The translations under genes and the position numbers were made by a program. Under the pieces are notes generated by a model. The model was not told where the DNA came from. It searched no databases and saw only the letters and a program-made list of their open reading frames with translations. Below, piece by piece: positions 18,250-27,907 of a stretch of 64,000 bases of DNA; position 1 is the stretch's first letter; every line of letters starts with the position of its first letter. Source of the stretch: a virus (lineage: Duplodnaviria > Caudoviricetes); the IMG/VR virus record IMGVR_UViG_3300037067_026010, positions 64,001 to 128,000 of that record; one strand, 5' to 3'.

Positions 18250-18505
18250 GCGGGCTGGATGCCCACAACGGGGCCGCTCGCACCCCGTTTATGCTCGATC
18301 GTTAGGCCGGAGCAACCTCCCGTCAGGTATAAGGGCCGGCTATGGGCATCCGGGATCGCAGGCGTATCGGGTTGACCTGGCCGGCAGGAAAGTAAATCCG
18401 GCCGGGGCGATCCTACGCACGCCATCCGCTTATGAGCCAGTTGGCACGCGTCCCTGAGCCGCTGGCCCTACCGGCGGACGGGTGCGATTCGTCCATTCCG
18501 GCGCC
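18250..18505 (+). ncRNA. Candidate multi-stem structured ncRNA, antisense to the flanking genes
   Basis: CTGGATGCCCA/TGGGCATCCGG encloses two hairpins. Further stems GCGTA..GGGTTG.CCTGGCCGG/CCGGCCGGG.CGATCC.TACGC and GGACGGGT/ATTCGTCC. G-U wobbles favour the + strand. Confidence 0.5.
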
Positions 18506-18516
18506 ACCTCGGCTGC

Positions 18517-20634
18517 TCACCCGCTAACATGCATCGCTAAATCTTTCAACCGCGTCGCTTCCTCCAGCGACATGCCTCCGTTCGAGGCAATACGCTCTGG
18601 TGTTGCTGCGCTGCTTTGCAGCAAGGCTAAGTTGTCCGGCGGCAATCCGCGTACTAATGGCATCAGTTGCGCGTCCGGCAGTTGCAGCAGCTGCGCCCGT
18701 GCCTGCGGGTTGTTCAGCACTTGATCCATTTTATCCGCATCCACACGGCCGTCGGGGCCAATTAACTGCGTAACGTCGAATGCTTGCCCAGGCGCAGCGG
18801 CAGGGCTGGTCGATGTCCCAGCTTGTGCAGTCGGTGCTTTGGGCGCAGCTTGCCCGCCAAAGAGTTGCCGGGCTTGGGCATAAAGCCCCTGTGCGCCCTG
18901 TTGTGCGCCCTGGCCAAAAACTCCGCCAAGTGCACCGCCGGCTCCGGCCACGCCCAAGCCGAGGAGCGTCATCAGTACGCTACCTATGCCGCCTTCTCCG
19001 CCTAATAACGAGATGAGTCCGACGAGGCCCAACGGCAGACCGATGCCGAGCATCCATTTGGATTCTGTCGGCAGCTGCCCCCACATCTCCATAAACCCCT
19101 GTGGGTCTTGCTTTGCCATATCCGGATTGGCCTTGGCCAGGTTCTCCTGGCTCGGTTGCACCAAATCCCCGGGCAGCTTGCCCTGTTCCAACATGGCGCG
19201 ATCGATACCGTAGCGTTTGGCGATTATCGCCCGCTGATCTTGCGGAATTTGTATATTCTTGGCCAGTTCCATGGCTGTCGCCGAATCCCCTTTGCTCAAG
19301 GCATCGTGCGCTTGCCGCAATAACGCCTGCTGATCCGGCGCTATTTGTGCATCGGCAGTTTGCTCCGCGGTTTCTTCGCCTCGAATGCGCTGGTAATTCG
19401 TGTGTTCCTCGGGCGTCATGGACACGGATTGCGGCGCTGGCGACGGTTGTTGCTTTTGCTTCGAGAAATTCATCGCCTGCTGCAGCGAATCTTCATCATC
19501 TTCACGCCACAGGGTGTTCTTTGCGTTCTCGCGACGGAGATCGAGTATCTCCTTATTTCGCTCGGCGATACGCTGCTGTGCGTCGGGCGCAACCGGCACT
19601 GTAATATTGGCCGGCGGCTTCGGTGCGGGTGCCGGGGCCGGCGTTGGCACTGGTGCTGGTGCTGGTGCTGGTACCGGCGGGGTGGCAGACGGTGGTTTCA
19701 CTGCCGGTGTCGTCGCGCCGACAGCAGGAGACACCGGAGGATGCACCATATTCGGCAGATCGGGCAAGGCTGCTCCGGTAGCTGCGGCCGGATCGGGCTG
19801 CAAAAACCCTGCTGCGGTCTTTTCGGTCCGTCGGCGGCGCGATTTCATCTGGTTGTATAGCCCGTAGAGACCAGCAGCACCTAAACCAGCACCTGCGTAC
19901 GCCGGCCAGTATTTCGAAAGATGCTCCGTTACACCCCCCGCAGGTGCCGGTGCTGAAACTTCTCCGGCTCGTTGGGAATCCGCTGCAGACGTTTGCGGAG
20001 CGGCTGCTGGAGGATTATCACCGCCCATCAGCGAAGCCGCACCCAGGCCCCCTGCCGTCATGGCAGCCCCGCTCATTAAATGCCCTGGCAGTGCCCTGGT
20101 AAAGGCAGGGGCCGCTGCTAATGCGGCAGGTACCGCTGCGGGGACCGCTGCGGCCGCCCCGGCTAACAGCCCGGTAGCGCCACTTACGCGTCCGGCGGTA
20201 CGTAATGCCGCTTCGCCGCGCGAATCAACATCGGGGATGTTCGGATTTGGCGAGCGCCAGGGATTGTACCACTTGTTTAGATAATAGCCCCAGCTCGGGT
20301 CGACGTCGTCGAGGCTGCATTTGACGAGCTCCGCCCTGAAATCCGGCATCGCTGCAGCCGCTTTCTGAAGGCCGCAGCCGATTTCCTGTTCGCTGCAGCC
20401 GGTTTCGCCGCATGCCTGCAAGAACCCGGCAAACAACGGATACCGGGAGCGAAAACGTCTTAATGCAGCCTGTTTGGCTTGCTGCTTGAACTTATCTCCG
20501 CTCCGATCGCGGCCGGAAACGCTTTCCCACGCCTGTTCGCCGCTTAATGCCGGCAGACTCGGTACCTTGTAACCGGCGGGTCTTTCACCGAAGGCAAACG
20601 GTCGCGTCGCCATAGTGCCCAAACTGCTCGGCAT
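18517..20634 (-). CDS. Large Ala/Pro/Gly-rich putative virion (internal/ejection) protein with K-x-A motifs and hydrophobic helices
   Basis: KAAA, KCS and KTAA motifs; TM-like segments GAGLGAAGLYGLY and LGIGLPLGLVGLISLLGG; GGAGGG RBS. Confidence 0.6.
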   Translation of the reverse strand: MPSSLGTMATRPFAFGERPAGYKVPSLPALSGEQAWESVSGRDRSGDKFKQQAKQAALRRFRSRYPLFAGFLQACGETGCSEQEIGCGLQKAAAAMPDFRAELVKCSLDDVDPSWGYYLNKWYNPWRSPNPNIPDVDSRGEAALRTAGRVSGATGLLAGAAAAVPAAVPAALAAAPAFTRALPGHLMSGAAMTAGGLGAASLMGGDNPPAAAPQTSAADSQRAGEVSAPAPAGGVTEHLSKYWPAYAGAGLGAAGLYGLYNQMKSRRRRTEKTAAGFLQPDPAAATGAALPDLPNMVHPPVSPAVGATTPAVKPPSATPPVPAPAPAPVPTPAPAPAPKPPANITVPVAPDAQQRIAERNKEILDLRRENAKNTLWREDDEDSLQQAMNFSKQKQQPSPAPQSVSMTPEEHTNYQRIRGEETAEQTADAQIAPDQQALLRQAHDALSKGDSATAMELAKNIQIPQDQRAIIAKRYGIDRAMLEQGKLPGDLVQPSQENLAKANPDMAKQDPQGFMEMWGQLPTESKWMLGIGLPLGLVGLISLLGGEGGIGSVLMTLLGLGVAGAGGALGGVFGQGAQQGAQGLYAQARQLFGGQAAPKAPTAQAGTSTSPAAAPGQAFDVTQLIGPDGRVDADKMDQVLNNPQARAQLLQLPDAQLMPLVRGLPPDNLALLQSSAATPERIASNGGMSLEEATRLKDLAMHVSG

Positions 20635-20673
20635 GATCCCCTCCATGGTGCATGTTGCCAGTAATCTTGCACA

Positions 20674-20883
20674 CTACGGTAACGGCCGCACGCGTATTGC
20701 GCGTGGCCCTCGATCGCTCTGCTCCGTTTCGAAGGAAACGCGTTGCTCTGCGCGCAAATCGTCGAAGTTGCAATCCGGTGCCATGCCGGTTACGTGGAAA
20801 AACAGGTCGGGGCCGCCGGTACTCTGCTTGACAAAACCGAACCCGCGCTCGGTAACCAGTCGCTTAATTGTGCCTTGTGGCAT
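20674..20883 (-). CDS. Cold-shock domain protein
   Basis: GTIK, RNP1 RGFGFV, RNP2 LFFHVT, and VSFETEQSDRGPRAIRV. Confidence 0.95.
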   Translation of the reverse strand: MPQGTIKRLVTERGFGFVKQSTGGPDLFFHVTGMAPDCNFDDLRAEQRVSFETEQSDRGPRAIRVRPLP

Positions 20884-20979
20884 GTCTCGTCCCTCAAATA
20901 GCTAAAAAAATATACCTACAACGGATAAGATCAGTGTAATCGCGCACCACCTGCCTGTCCACGGCAGATTCCCCAGCCA

Positions 20980-21414
20980 TTAGCCTGGAAGCACGATCTC
21001 ATAATAGGCAAAAACCAATTCGGCTTCGGCATACTCCTCCTCCAAGCGCAGTTCCAACTGCAACGGCCCGTAAATACGCGGCGCCGGGGCACGCGCGGCT
21101 TCTTTAATCAGCACCATCAGAATATCGACCAGCAAACGCATGATTTGCAAGCCGCGAGGCTCGGTTTCGACGAGGCGGATGCGCCCTTTCTCGCCGATCA
21201 GCCTACGCCGCCGCGTAAAGGTGAAATTAGAGAGCTTCTGGTACTCCCGCGGCGTCACGGTAATCATGCGAGGATGCTCGCGCGTGCCCGTGTCCCACAG
21301 CTCCAGCAAAGACGTGCGCAGCTGCCCACGCAGCTTGTCGGACAGCACGGTCCCCGGCGTTAAAGCGCTCAGTCGCGTTACGATGTCTTCTTGTACGTCG
21401 TCAGCCATGATCAA
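20980..21414 (-). CDS. Hypothetical protein
   Basis: 144 aa ORF filling the gap on the coding strand. Confidence 0.55.
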   Translation of the reverse strand: MIMADDVQEDIVTRLSALTPGTVLSDKLRGQLRTSLLELWDTGTREHPRMITVTPREYQKLSNFTFTRRRRLIGEKGRIRLVETEPRGLQIMRLLVDILMVLIKEAARAPAPRIYGPLQLELRLEEEYAEAELVFAYYEIVLPG

Positions 21415-21464
21415 CCAGCTCTGTTCCTGGGTTCATATCGAAGTTGAAGTTGTGCAATAGCCGA

Positions 21465-22187
21465 CTAATGTAGTGAAGTTTCTGCCGACGTACAGAGGAA
21501 TCCGTCCACATCGAACCACGGTTTCGTAACGCGGCCGTGCCAGTTGCGGCCGATCTCGCCCAGATGCACGGTTCGCCGCTCTGGCAATATTGCGTCGCGG
21601 CAGCGTTCCGTAAAAAGCAATTTGCGATCGGCTTCCGGCCATTGTACATCCAATCCGCGTACATAATCCGCGGGCATTGACACCGCGGGGAAACGCATCG
21701 GATGCGCCTTCTGATTCCAGAGTTGGAAGTGTCGCGTTAGGTATCGCAGATCACGCTTTGACGGCCATTCAAGTCGCGGGCGCAGTTCTTGTGCTCTATA
21801 CTGCCGCCACGCCTCGGGAGAGCTGACAATGCGCCGTAGCGCCCCGTATAGCTTTGTCGCACAGAGCGCGCGAGGGGCTAGAACCTCCTTGGCGCTCGCC
21901 GGCAGCAGAATATCGGCATCCAACGCCAATATCCAGTCCAATCTGCCGCACCGATCCGCCAGCAACTTGTGCAATCCAGCCTGCAGCCCGACGGCCTTAT
22001 TGAACGGGGTTCCCCAATCTGCCAGCGTAAAACACGCAACATTGTAGCGCCGGCAAACCGCTCGTGTGTCTTCGTCACCCGGCGTGGTTATAATCAGCGG
22101 CTCGTCGCTTACCGCCAGGACGCACGGCAGCGTCATTAAAAGAAAATCCGCGTAATTAACACAAGGTATCAGCGCCCTCAGCACCAT
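21465..22187 (-). CDS. GT-A fold glycosyltransferase
   Basis: IPCVNYADFL, FNKAVGLQAG and the DxD motif in WILALDADILLP. Confidence 0.8.
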   Translation of the reverse strand: MVLRALIPCVNYADFLLMTLPCVLAVSDEPLIITTPGDEDTRAVCRRYNVACFTLADWGTPFNKAVGLQAGLHKLLADRCGRLDWILALDADILLPASAKEVLAPRALCATKLYGALRRIVSSPEAWRQYRAQELRPRLEWPSKRDLRYLTRHFQLWNQKAHPMRFPAVSMPADYVRGLDVQWPEADRKLLFTERCRDAILPERRTVHLGEIGRNWHGRVTKPWFDVDGFLCTSAETSLH

Positions 22188-22215
22188 GGTTACAGCTCGA
22201 ATCCGGTTGAAGTTG

Positions 22216-23193
22216 TTAGCGTTTTGGTGCGTGCCGCCGCAGATACCGCTCGAACGCCAGATCTCGGACAGCACCTACGTCTATGCGCTGCATCGGATGT
22301 TGCACAGCCCGTGGTTTTACAAGTTTAGACGCAGGCGGCGGTACCACAGCCGGGCGCTTGAAGACTTTGGCCGGTTGTCCTCGAGTATGCGCCGGGGCAG
22401 GTGCCTGCGCAGGCGGCACTCTTGGTGTAACGTACAGGCCAGGCACAGCCGCTGGGCAGGGCAGATACTGCCCATTCCACGGCTGCTGCGGAGTATAGAC
22501 CCAGGGACCTGTCGAGGCGCAAAATACGCCTTTAATACGTTTACTGTTCAGCAGCCTGCCGGACGGGCCGAAGTCGTGATTGGCTCTGGGATGCTCCTGG
22601 TGCAACCCCAGAATTGCAGAATACTCCGGCTGCGACTTGGCGCCGTGAATTAGACAATCGGAAAACCACCAATCTTCGCACCCGACCGTAACGAAGTCTG
22701 GGTCGTAACCGCCTACCCTGTAAACATCTTCTCGCGAACTCGAACCCAGGAAGAACAGCGGATTGTTTACAGGATGCGTATTCCACGAAGGCGTATAGCG
22801 CGGAGCAATTTGTCCGGTAGCTACGTCATAACCGTACACGGTGCCAATCAGAAATCTGCTGGGCTTCAATCCAGCCGTAAGCCGCTCTATCGTATCCTGT
22901 GCAACATGCAACACGTCATCAGATTGCTGAATAACAACATCGCCAAGTGCTGCCTGTAGCGCCACGTTGCGTGCACGGCCCGGTACATGCGCCGCCAGTC
23001 TCGGCAGCTGTATGACCCGCACTTCCGGATACTTTCCGAGGATCTCCTGTGTATTGTCATTTGCCCCGTCATCGACGACAATCACCTCCCAAGCGAATGG
23101 CGGCTGTTGGCAGAATATGCTCGCCAGCGTTCGGTCCAACAGCCCGGCATGGTCACGCGTGGTAATGCAGACGGAACAACGCACGATAGCCAC
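22216..23193 (-). CDS. Family 2 glycosyltransferase (paralogue A)
   Basis: SVCITTRD, EVIVVDDG, ARNVAL, QQSDDVLH, GGYDPDF, CEDWWF. Confidence 0.9.
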   Translation of the reverse strand: MAIVRCSVCITTRDHAGLLDRTLASIFCQQPPFAWEVIVVDDGANDNTQEILGKYPEVRVIQLPRLAAHVPGRARNVALQAALGDVVIQQSDDVLHVAQDTIERLTAGLKPSRFLIGTVYGYDVATGQIAPRYTPSWNTHPVNNPLFFLGSSSREDVYRVGGYDPDFVTVGCEDWWFSDCLIHGAKSQPEYSAILGLHQEHPRANHDFGPSGRLLNSKRIKGVFCASTGPWVYTPQQPWNGQYLPCPAAVPGLYVTPRVPPAQAPAPAHTRGQPAKVFKRPAVVPPPASKLVKPRAVQHPMQRIDVGAVRDLAFERYLRRHAPKR

Positions 23194-23199
23194 TCCTTA

Positions 23200-23928
23200 T
23201 TACGGCGATTTTTGTTGCAACCCCATTCCCGGTGCGTATGGCCAAGGGCTATCCGCAGAACGAAACTTGCCTGCCTTGCGCTTTGCCGCCCACAACGCAT
23301 ACCCGTCAGCGCAACTATACCCCGGCCTGGCGTGATGCTGGTGTATCCCCAGCACGGGAACGTAGCGCGGCTTCAGGCCGAGTCCGTGAATCAGGCATTC
23401 TCCGAACCAGTCGTCGTCGCAGCCCACCACGGTATCGAAATCCGGATCGTAGCCGCCTATTTTATAAACATCCTCGCGCCAGTGCGCCCCCAGAAAGAAT
23501 AACGGCCGTTTGATGTTATTGGCCAGTACGGACGGCGTATAGCGTTCGACGATTGCCCCTGTGCTAAAGTCATAATCGTAGACCGTTGCAATGACGAACT
23601 CGCCGCGCTGTAGCTTACGTACCAACATCTCGATCGTGTTGGCAGCAACATGCAACACGTCGTCGGATTGTTGCAGAATCACATCGCCACAGGCTGTCTG
23701 CATCGCCAAATTCCGGGCTTTGCCTGGGGCAAAACCGGGACGTCTTGGCAAATCAAGGACACGCACGTTCGGATATTTTTGCAGGATTTCGGCGGTATTG
23801 TCGTTGGCGCCGTCATTAACGACGATTACCTCCCAGGCGAATGGCGGCTGTTGCCGCAGTATGCTGGCAAGCGTTGCATCCAGAAATGGAGCGTGATCCC
23901 GCGTGGCGATGCATATCGAACATTTCAT
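23200..23928 (-). CDS. Family 2 glycosyltransferase (paralogue B)
   Basis: Same motifs as paralogue A; ATGA overlap. Confidence 0.9.
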   Translation of the reverse strand: MKCSICIATRDHAPFLDATLASILRQQPPFAWEVIVVNDGANDNTAEILQKYPNVRVLDLPRRPGFAPGKARNLAMQTACGDVILQQSDDVLHVAANTIEMLVRKLQRGEFVIATVYDYDFSTGAIVERYTPSVLANNIKRPLFFLGAHWREDVYKIGGYDPDFDTVVGCDDDWFGECLIHGLGLKPRYVPVLGIHQHHARPGYSCADGYALWAAKRKAGKFRSADSPWPYAPGMGLQQKSP

Positions 23929-24725
23929 TGTAGGCATTTGCGAATAGTCCCGGCTATATACTTCAGCCAATAGGCCATTGTAAGCCTAGCACGATCCCGA
24001 ATTCCGCCGAGCCGGCGCTGTTCCGCCACCAAGAATGCCGGTGTAACCTCCGACCAGTCGTCCACCCAGGCTACCGGCAGCCCCTCGAAAACCCGCACCA
24101 GTCCTGGATAGCGTTTCATAACCGGCCAACGCCTCAGATATAACGCTTCCCAGCTGCGATGGCAATCCAAACCGTGGCCTCGCGGAGCTATGACGAACTG
24201 GTGCTCCAGCAGCTCTCTGCAGAATGCCTCGTAACCCTCGAAGCCCGACGAACCCTGGATGCCGCGCGCCTCCGCGTCATGCTGGCGCGCCGTACACCAC
24301 GGCTGTTGCCCGAAATACGCATAAGCCGGTTGCCGATCCGGCGGAAAAGTCCAGATGCTGCAGTTCAGATAGGCCAGCTTCGTCGGCGCGATACCGGCAG
24401 CGGCCAGTTCGAAAAGCCTCTGGTTCTTGGCAGGCTGCCCCGGGTTATAATCGTTCTCCAGGCCGATGGGCAACGGATGTACGCGCGGGTCGTTGCACTC
24501 GATATTCTGGCCAAACCAGCACTTTAAGCGCGGGTACCTCGCTACGAGATCTGGTGTAATCGCGCGATCACCGTTGTGCGTCACAATACATTCAGCGGTC
24601 GTTGGCACTCTGGCTTCAACCTGATAGCTATCGGCATAGTACGGTCGCATCCCGCGATAGGCTGCTTTAAATTTGTTGCCGCAGATGAGATCTTCATAAG
24701 CATAGGGTCGGCCCGTCATCGTCAC
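23925..24725 (-). CDS. Exostosin-like (GT47-type) glycosyltransferase
   Basis: THNGD, LPIGLEN, FVIAPRGHGLDCHRSWEALYL, GLPVAWVDDWSEVT. Confidence 0.8.
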   Translation of the reverse strand: MTMTGRPYAYEDLICGNKFKAAYRGMRPYYADSYQVEARVPTTAECIVTHNGDRAITPDLVARYPRLKCWFGQNIECNDPRVHPLPIGLENDYNPGQPAKNQRLFELAAAGIAPTKLAYLNCSIWTFPPDRQPAYAYFGQQPWCTARQHDAEARGIQGSSGFEGYEAFCRELLEHQFVIAPRGHGLDCHRSWEALYLRRWPVMKRYPGLVRVFEGLPVAWVDDWSEVTPAFLVAEQRRLGGIRDRARLTMAYWLKYIAGTIRKCLQ

Positions 24726-24733
24726 CTCCGCTT

Positions 24734-25519
24734 TCAGAACGGGGCCAAAGCCTGCAGCGCCTTACCGATTACGCCGAAGGGCTGATAATTTGTAGGGGAT
24801 ATCAAACCATTCCGTTGCTGACTTTCCGGGTGCGCCCCGAACCAATGGACCCCGATTGTTTCTTCGGATAATGCAGTTGCGTCCGTCCACATGCCGGTCA
24901 CCTGTAAATAACTGAACGGGTAAACCGTTGCCGCCGGCAGCGTGACCACGCGCAACAGCGGATAATGCCGAGCCATGCCTTGCGCCGGATCACCAAAGCG
25001 GCCAGCTACGGCATTGACGCCGGTACTCTGATAGCGATCCGGCCTGTATCCTTTGCGCGCCGCCTGATATACGGCTGCCCATGCCGGGTTACGCGGGCTG
25101 CCGCCTAAGAACCCTACGCCGAAACCGGTAGGCGTATAACAGAGGAAGACATCGCCGTCGACTACGGGCATGGGCCGCACGTATAGGATGTCCATGTCGC
25201 TGAACCAGCCGCCCTCCGTGCTCAATACGTGCCATTCGCACAAGTCGCAGGCATGCGCCGGTGGCAGGTTCGGCAACGGCAGCACTATACTCTTGTGCTC
25301 GACGCGCAGTGCTTTGACGCGATCCATGTAGTCTGCGCCGTGATAATCCTGCGAATCCGAGGATTCCCAACCTCTCCAAGACTTCGCCTTAACTACGGGC
25401 GCCGACCATAGCCGCATGGTCCAGTCCGGATTGTAATAACGGAAAGACTTCAACGTCATATACCGCAGGAATGACATCGGGCCGCCCGCCCAGAAGAAAT
25501 TCATAACCTTAGGTGGCAC
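24734..25519 (-). CDS. GT32/OCH1-like DxD glycosyltransferase
   Basis: PKVMNFFW, GGWFSDMDILY, YQSTG, IGVHWFGA. Confidence 0.8.
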   Translation of the reverse strand: MPPKVMNFFWAGGPMSFLRYMTLKSFRYYNPDWTMRLWSAPVVKAKSWRGWESSDSQDYHGADYMDRVKALRVEHKSIVLPLPNLPPAHACDLCEWHVLSTEGGWFSDMDILYVRPMPVVDGDVFLCYTPTGFGVGFLGGSPRNPAWAAVYQAARKGYRPDRYQSTGVNAVAGRFGDPAQGMARHYPLLRVVTLPAATVYPFSYLQVTGMWTDATALSEETIGVHWFGAHPESQQRNGLISPTNYQPFGVIGKALQALAPF

Positions 25520-25539
25520 GGTTTGTCCTTTCTCGCGAT

Positions 25540-26244
25540 TTATCGCACGCGGCCTAAAAGCACCAATGCAGGGTTCGTGTCGGGTATTACGATCGGTAAT
25601 TTACATTCCGGAACGGGGTTGGAGGCATTTGGCCAGGCACGGCAACCGACGAAATCGTGAGCGCGATAACCGTCGTTATGTTTTCGCCAAATAAAGTAAG
25701 GTTCGCTGCCGTGCGTCATCGGATCTGCCACTGTGGTCCTTTCAGCAACAAGCCGATCTTGCAACAGTCCGTCCTCCTCTGCGAAGGTCTGGCCGTATCC
25801 TCCTGCGCGACGAAACGCGGAAACGCGCAACGCCCAGGAGGCATGCATCACGTAACCGCCTGCGGACACACCGAGCATCCGTGGCGCACTCCCCGGTTCT
25901 GCAACATAAATCAAGCTCGGCTTGATCCAGTCGCCGTAGGCCAGTGCCCGTGCTGCAGCGGAGAGCGTCCAGGGAAGATAAAGATCGTCATCGTCCATAA
26001 CCTGCAGGGCTTCGACGTCGTTCGAGACTAGCGCAACGGCGGCATCGCGTTTCGCACCCAGATTGGGGTATCGTTGCGTGGTCGACACGAGCCGCCAGCC
26101 GTTGCCCTCCTGGGACTCGTACTGTCCGGCGTCGTCCAGGATCACGAGTTCCTTGTGCGGGTGGTCCTGGTCCAGGAAGCAACGAATAATGCCGCCCAAA
26201 TATTGCGGACGCAGGTAGGTACAACAAACCATCGCGAGCTTCAT
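25540..26244 (-). CDS. Family 2 glycosyltransferase
   Basis: CCTYLRP, ELVILDDAG, MDDDDLYLP, GGY....EED. Confidence 0.8.
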   Translation of the reverse strand: MKLAMVCCTYLRPQYLGGIIRCFLDQDHPHKELVILDDAGQYESQEGNGWRLVSTTQRYPNLGAKRDAAVALVSNDVEALQVMDDDDLYLPWTLSAAARALAYGDWIKPSLIYVAEPGSAPRMLGVSAGGYVMHASWALRVSAFRRAGGYGQTFAEEDGLLQDRLVAERTTVADPMTHGSEPYFIWRKHNDGYRAHDFVGCRAWPNASNPVPECKLPIVIPDTNPALVLLGRVR

Positions 26245-26274
26245 TGCCGCTCCTCAAGTGCACTTAGGCGGTCG

Positions 26275-27162
26275 CTACTTGGCGCTATTGTAGTAATCGC
26301 ACCGTGCGCACACGGTAGAGGGTTGCTTCCAGAGTGCCCTGAAGTTGGCCTCTAAAGTCTCCCAGGAATTCACCAGGAGATTGCCGATGCCGGTCTCCAG
26401 CCTGCCGTCGTACGTACCGAAGAAGTCGTAGGCGCAGAAACCGCAGTCGCCATTCGGCCGAACCTGGAGCACGCCGCGCATGCCGTCGCAAAGTAGCCCG
26501 GTCTGCGCGTTACGCAATAGCGGCCCGGTCAACCGTTCCGGATTTTCCCAGTCGATATGCGGGTCGGTTTCGAAACTCACTCGGTAGCCCGCAAAGGCTG
26601 CGCGCACTGCCTGCATGTCCGCGCCGGGCACCTGGTTGCAACCGATGAAAATATTGAATTCCGGCCGGTTCGCATCGCGATAACGAATAAAGTCCAGGAT
26701 CCGCGGATAGATCTTTGCCCAGCTGCCGTTGCCCGTAAGCCGGTCGTATGCCGCACCGACGTTGAACACAGAGAAGACGACTGAAGGAAAGAGCTGCAAC
26801 AACGGCTCGTATTTATCGGGCGTCAGCAGGCTGGCATTGGTATTGAACCCGATATAGCCACCGGGCTGAATAACGTCGATAGACCGGGCGTAGCGCATCT
26901 TCTCGAAGATACCGTCGTCCATCAATGGTTCGCCGCAACCGAACATAGCCCCGATCAGAATGCCGCGCTGCTTGACCTTATCGGCGACGCCTACGAAGGT
27001 CTCGTAAGTCATAACGCCGCGGAAGCGGCGCATGTGTTCGTTGCCGCAGGAAAGGCACCTGTAATTGCAGGTGGAACTGGTTTCGACGTAGGCCACCGTC
27101 GGCCAACGGCGCAACGGATCGTCCCAGGCATGGCACACGCGTTTTTGGGGGTCACAAGTCAT
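26275..27162 (-). CDS. Radical SAM protein with a SPASM/twitch domain
   Basis: CNYRCLSC (CxxxCxxC), GCGEPL, FNTNASLL, C-terminal C...NGDCGFCAYD...IGNL...CARC. Confidence 0.9.
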   Translation of the reverse strand: MTCDPQKRVCHAWDDPLRRWPTVAYVETSSTCNYRCLSCGNEHMRRFRGVMTYETFVGVADKVKQRGILIGAMFGCGEPLMDDGIFEKMRYARSIDVIQPGGYIGFNTNASLLTPDKYEPLLQLFPSVVFSVFNVGAAYDRLTGNGSWAKIYPRILDFIRYRDANRPEFNIFIGCNQVPGADMQAVRAAFAGYRVSFETDPHIDWENPERLTGPLLRNAQTGLLCDGMRGVLQVRPNGDCGFCAYDFFGTYDGRLETGIGNLLVNSWETLEANFRALWKQPSTVCARCDYYNSAK

Positions 27163-27907
27163 GATGTCGGCAGACCTCGGAAAACGTATTGTCGAAGGAT
27201 TTATAGTTGGCTTCCGTGAGCTTGTTCACCCACACGCCGGCCAGATGCGAGCCCGCGAACCAATGGATGCCGATGCTCTCCGCAGGAAGCGGCGTCACGC
27301 GGTCGAAGATCTCCGGCTGTTCGTAAAATACGAACGGGTGCACGTAATTTTTCGGCAGCAGCCGCACCGCGTCGGGCAACGCGGCAAACGCGGCGCGCAG
27401 CATGCGCGTACCGATGCACTGGTAGTCAGCGGGATTCAGAAAATCCGGCGCCAGCGCCAGCAAGGCGCGGCAAGTTTCGCTGCCGCGATTGCCCGCGACG
27501 AAACCTTGCTGGTAATAGTCCTCGATCCTGGTGATGTAGAAATCGGCCGCCGGCAGTTCGCAGGAGCCGAAGCACAGGATGTCGGTGTCCGCATAGATCC
27601 CGCCCTCGTCGTAAATCGCCCGCAGCCGCACGTAATCCGAGCGCGTCACGTCGTGATAATCCCGCACCAGCGGTTCGTCGACCACGGCCACTTCGTCGAA
27701 CAGTTCCCGGGCGCGGGACAGGTAGTCGTCGCCGATGAAGGGATAGTCCAGCTCCTTGGTGCCCCAGGTGATCGCCGTATTCGGCGCCGCCGTCGTCCAT
27801 AGTTTCAAGACGTGTTGCGGGTGCATCCGGCGAAACGAGCGAATGCACAAATACCGAATGAAGGGTAACGGACTGCCTCCCCAATAAAAATGTATTATGC
27901 GTTCCAT
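27152..27907 (-). CDS. GT32/OCH1-like DxD glycosyltransferase
   Basis: IIHFYWGG, RSDYVRL..IYDEGGIYADTD, YQCIG, IGIHWFAG. Confidence 0.85.
   Translation of the reverse strand: MERIIHFYWGGSPLPFIRYLCIRSFRRMHPQHVLKLWTTAAPNTAITWGTKELDYPFIGDDYLSRARELFDEVAVVDEPLVRDYHDVTRSDYVRLRAIYDEGGIYADTDILCFGSCELPAADFYITRIEDYYQQGFVAGNRGSETCRALLALAPDFLNPADYQCIGTRMLRAAFAALPDAVRLLPKNYVHPFVFYEQPEIFDRVTPLPAESIGIHWFAGSHLAGVWVNKLTEANYKSFDNTFSEVCRHHDL

Noticed and set aside
18465-18510. tRNA/tmRNA-like 3' end (GGTGCGATTC...CCACC)
   Set aside because: A canonical T-stem and acceptor stem cannot be built, and no tag ORF was found. It is kept only as part of the unknown structured RNA.
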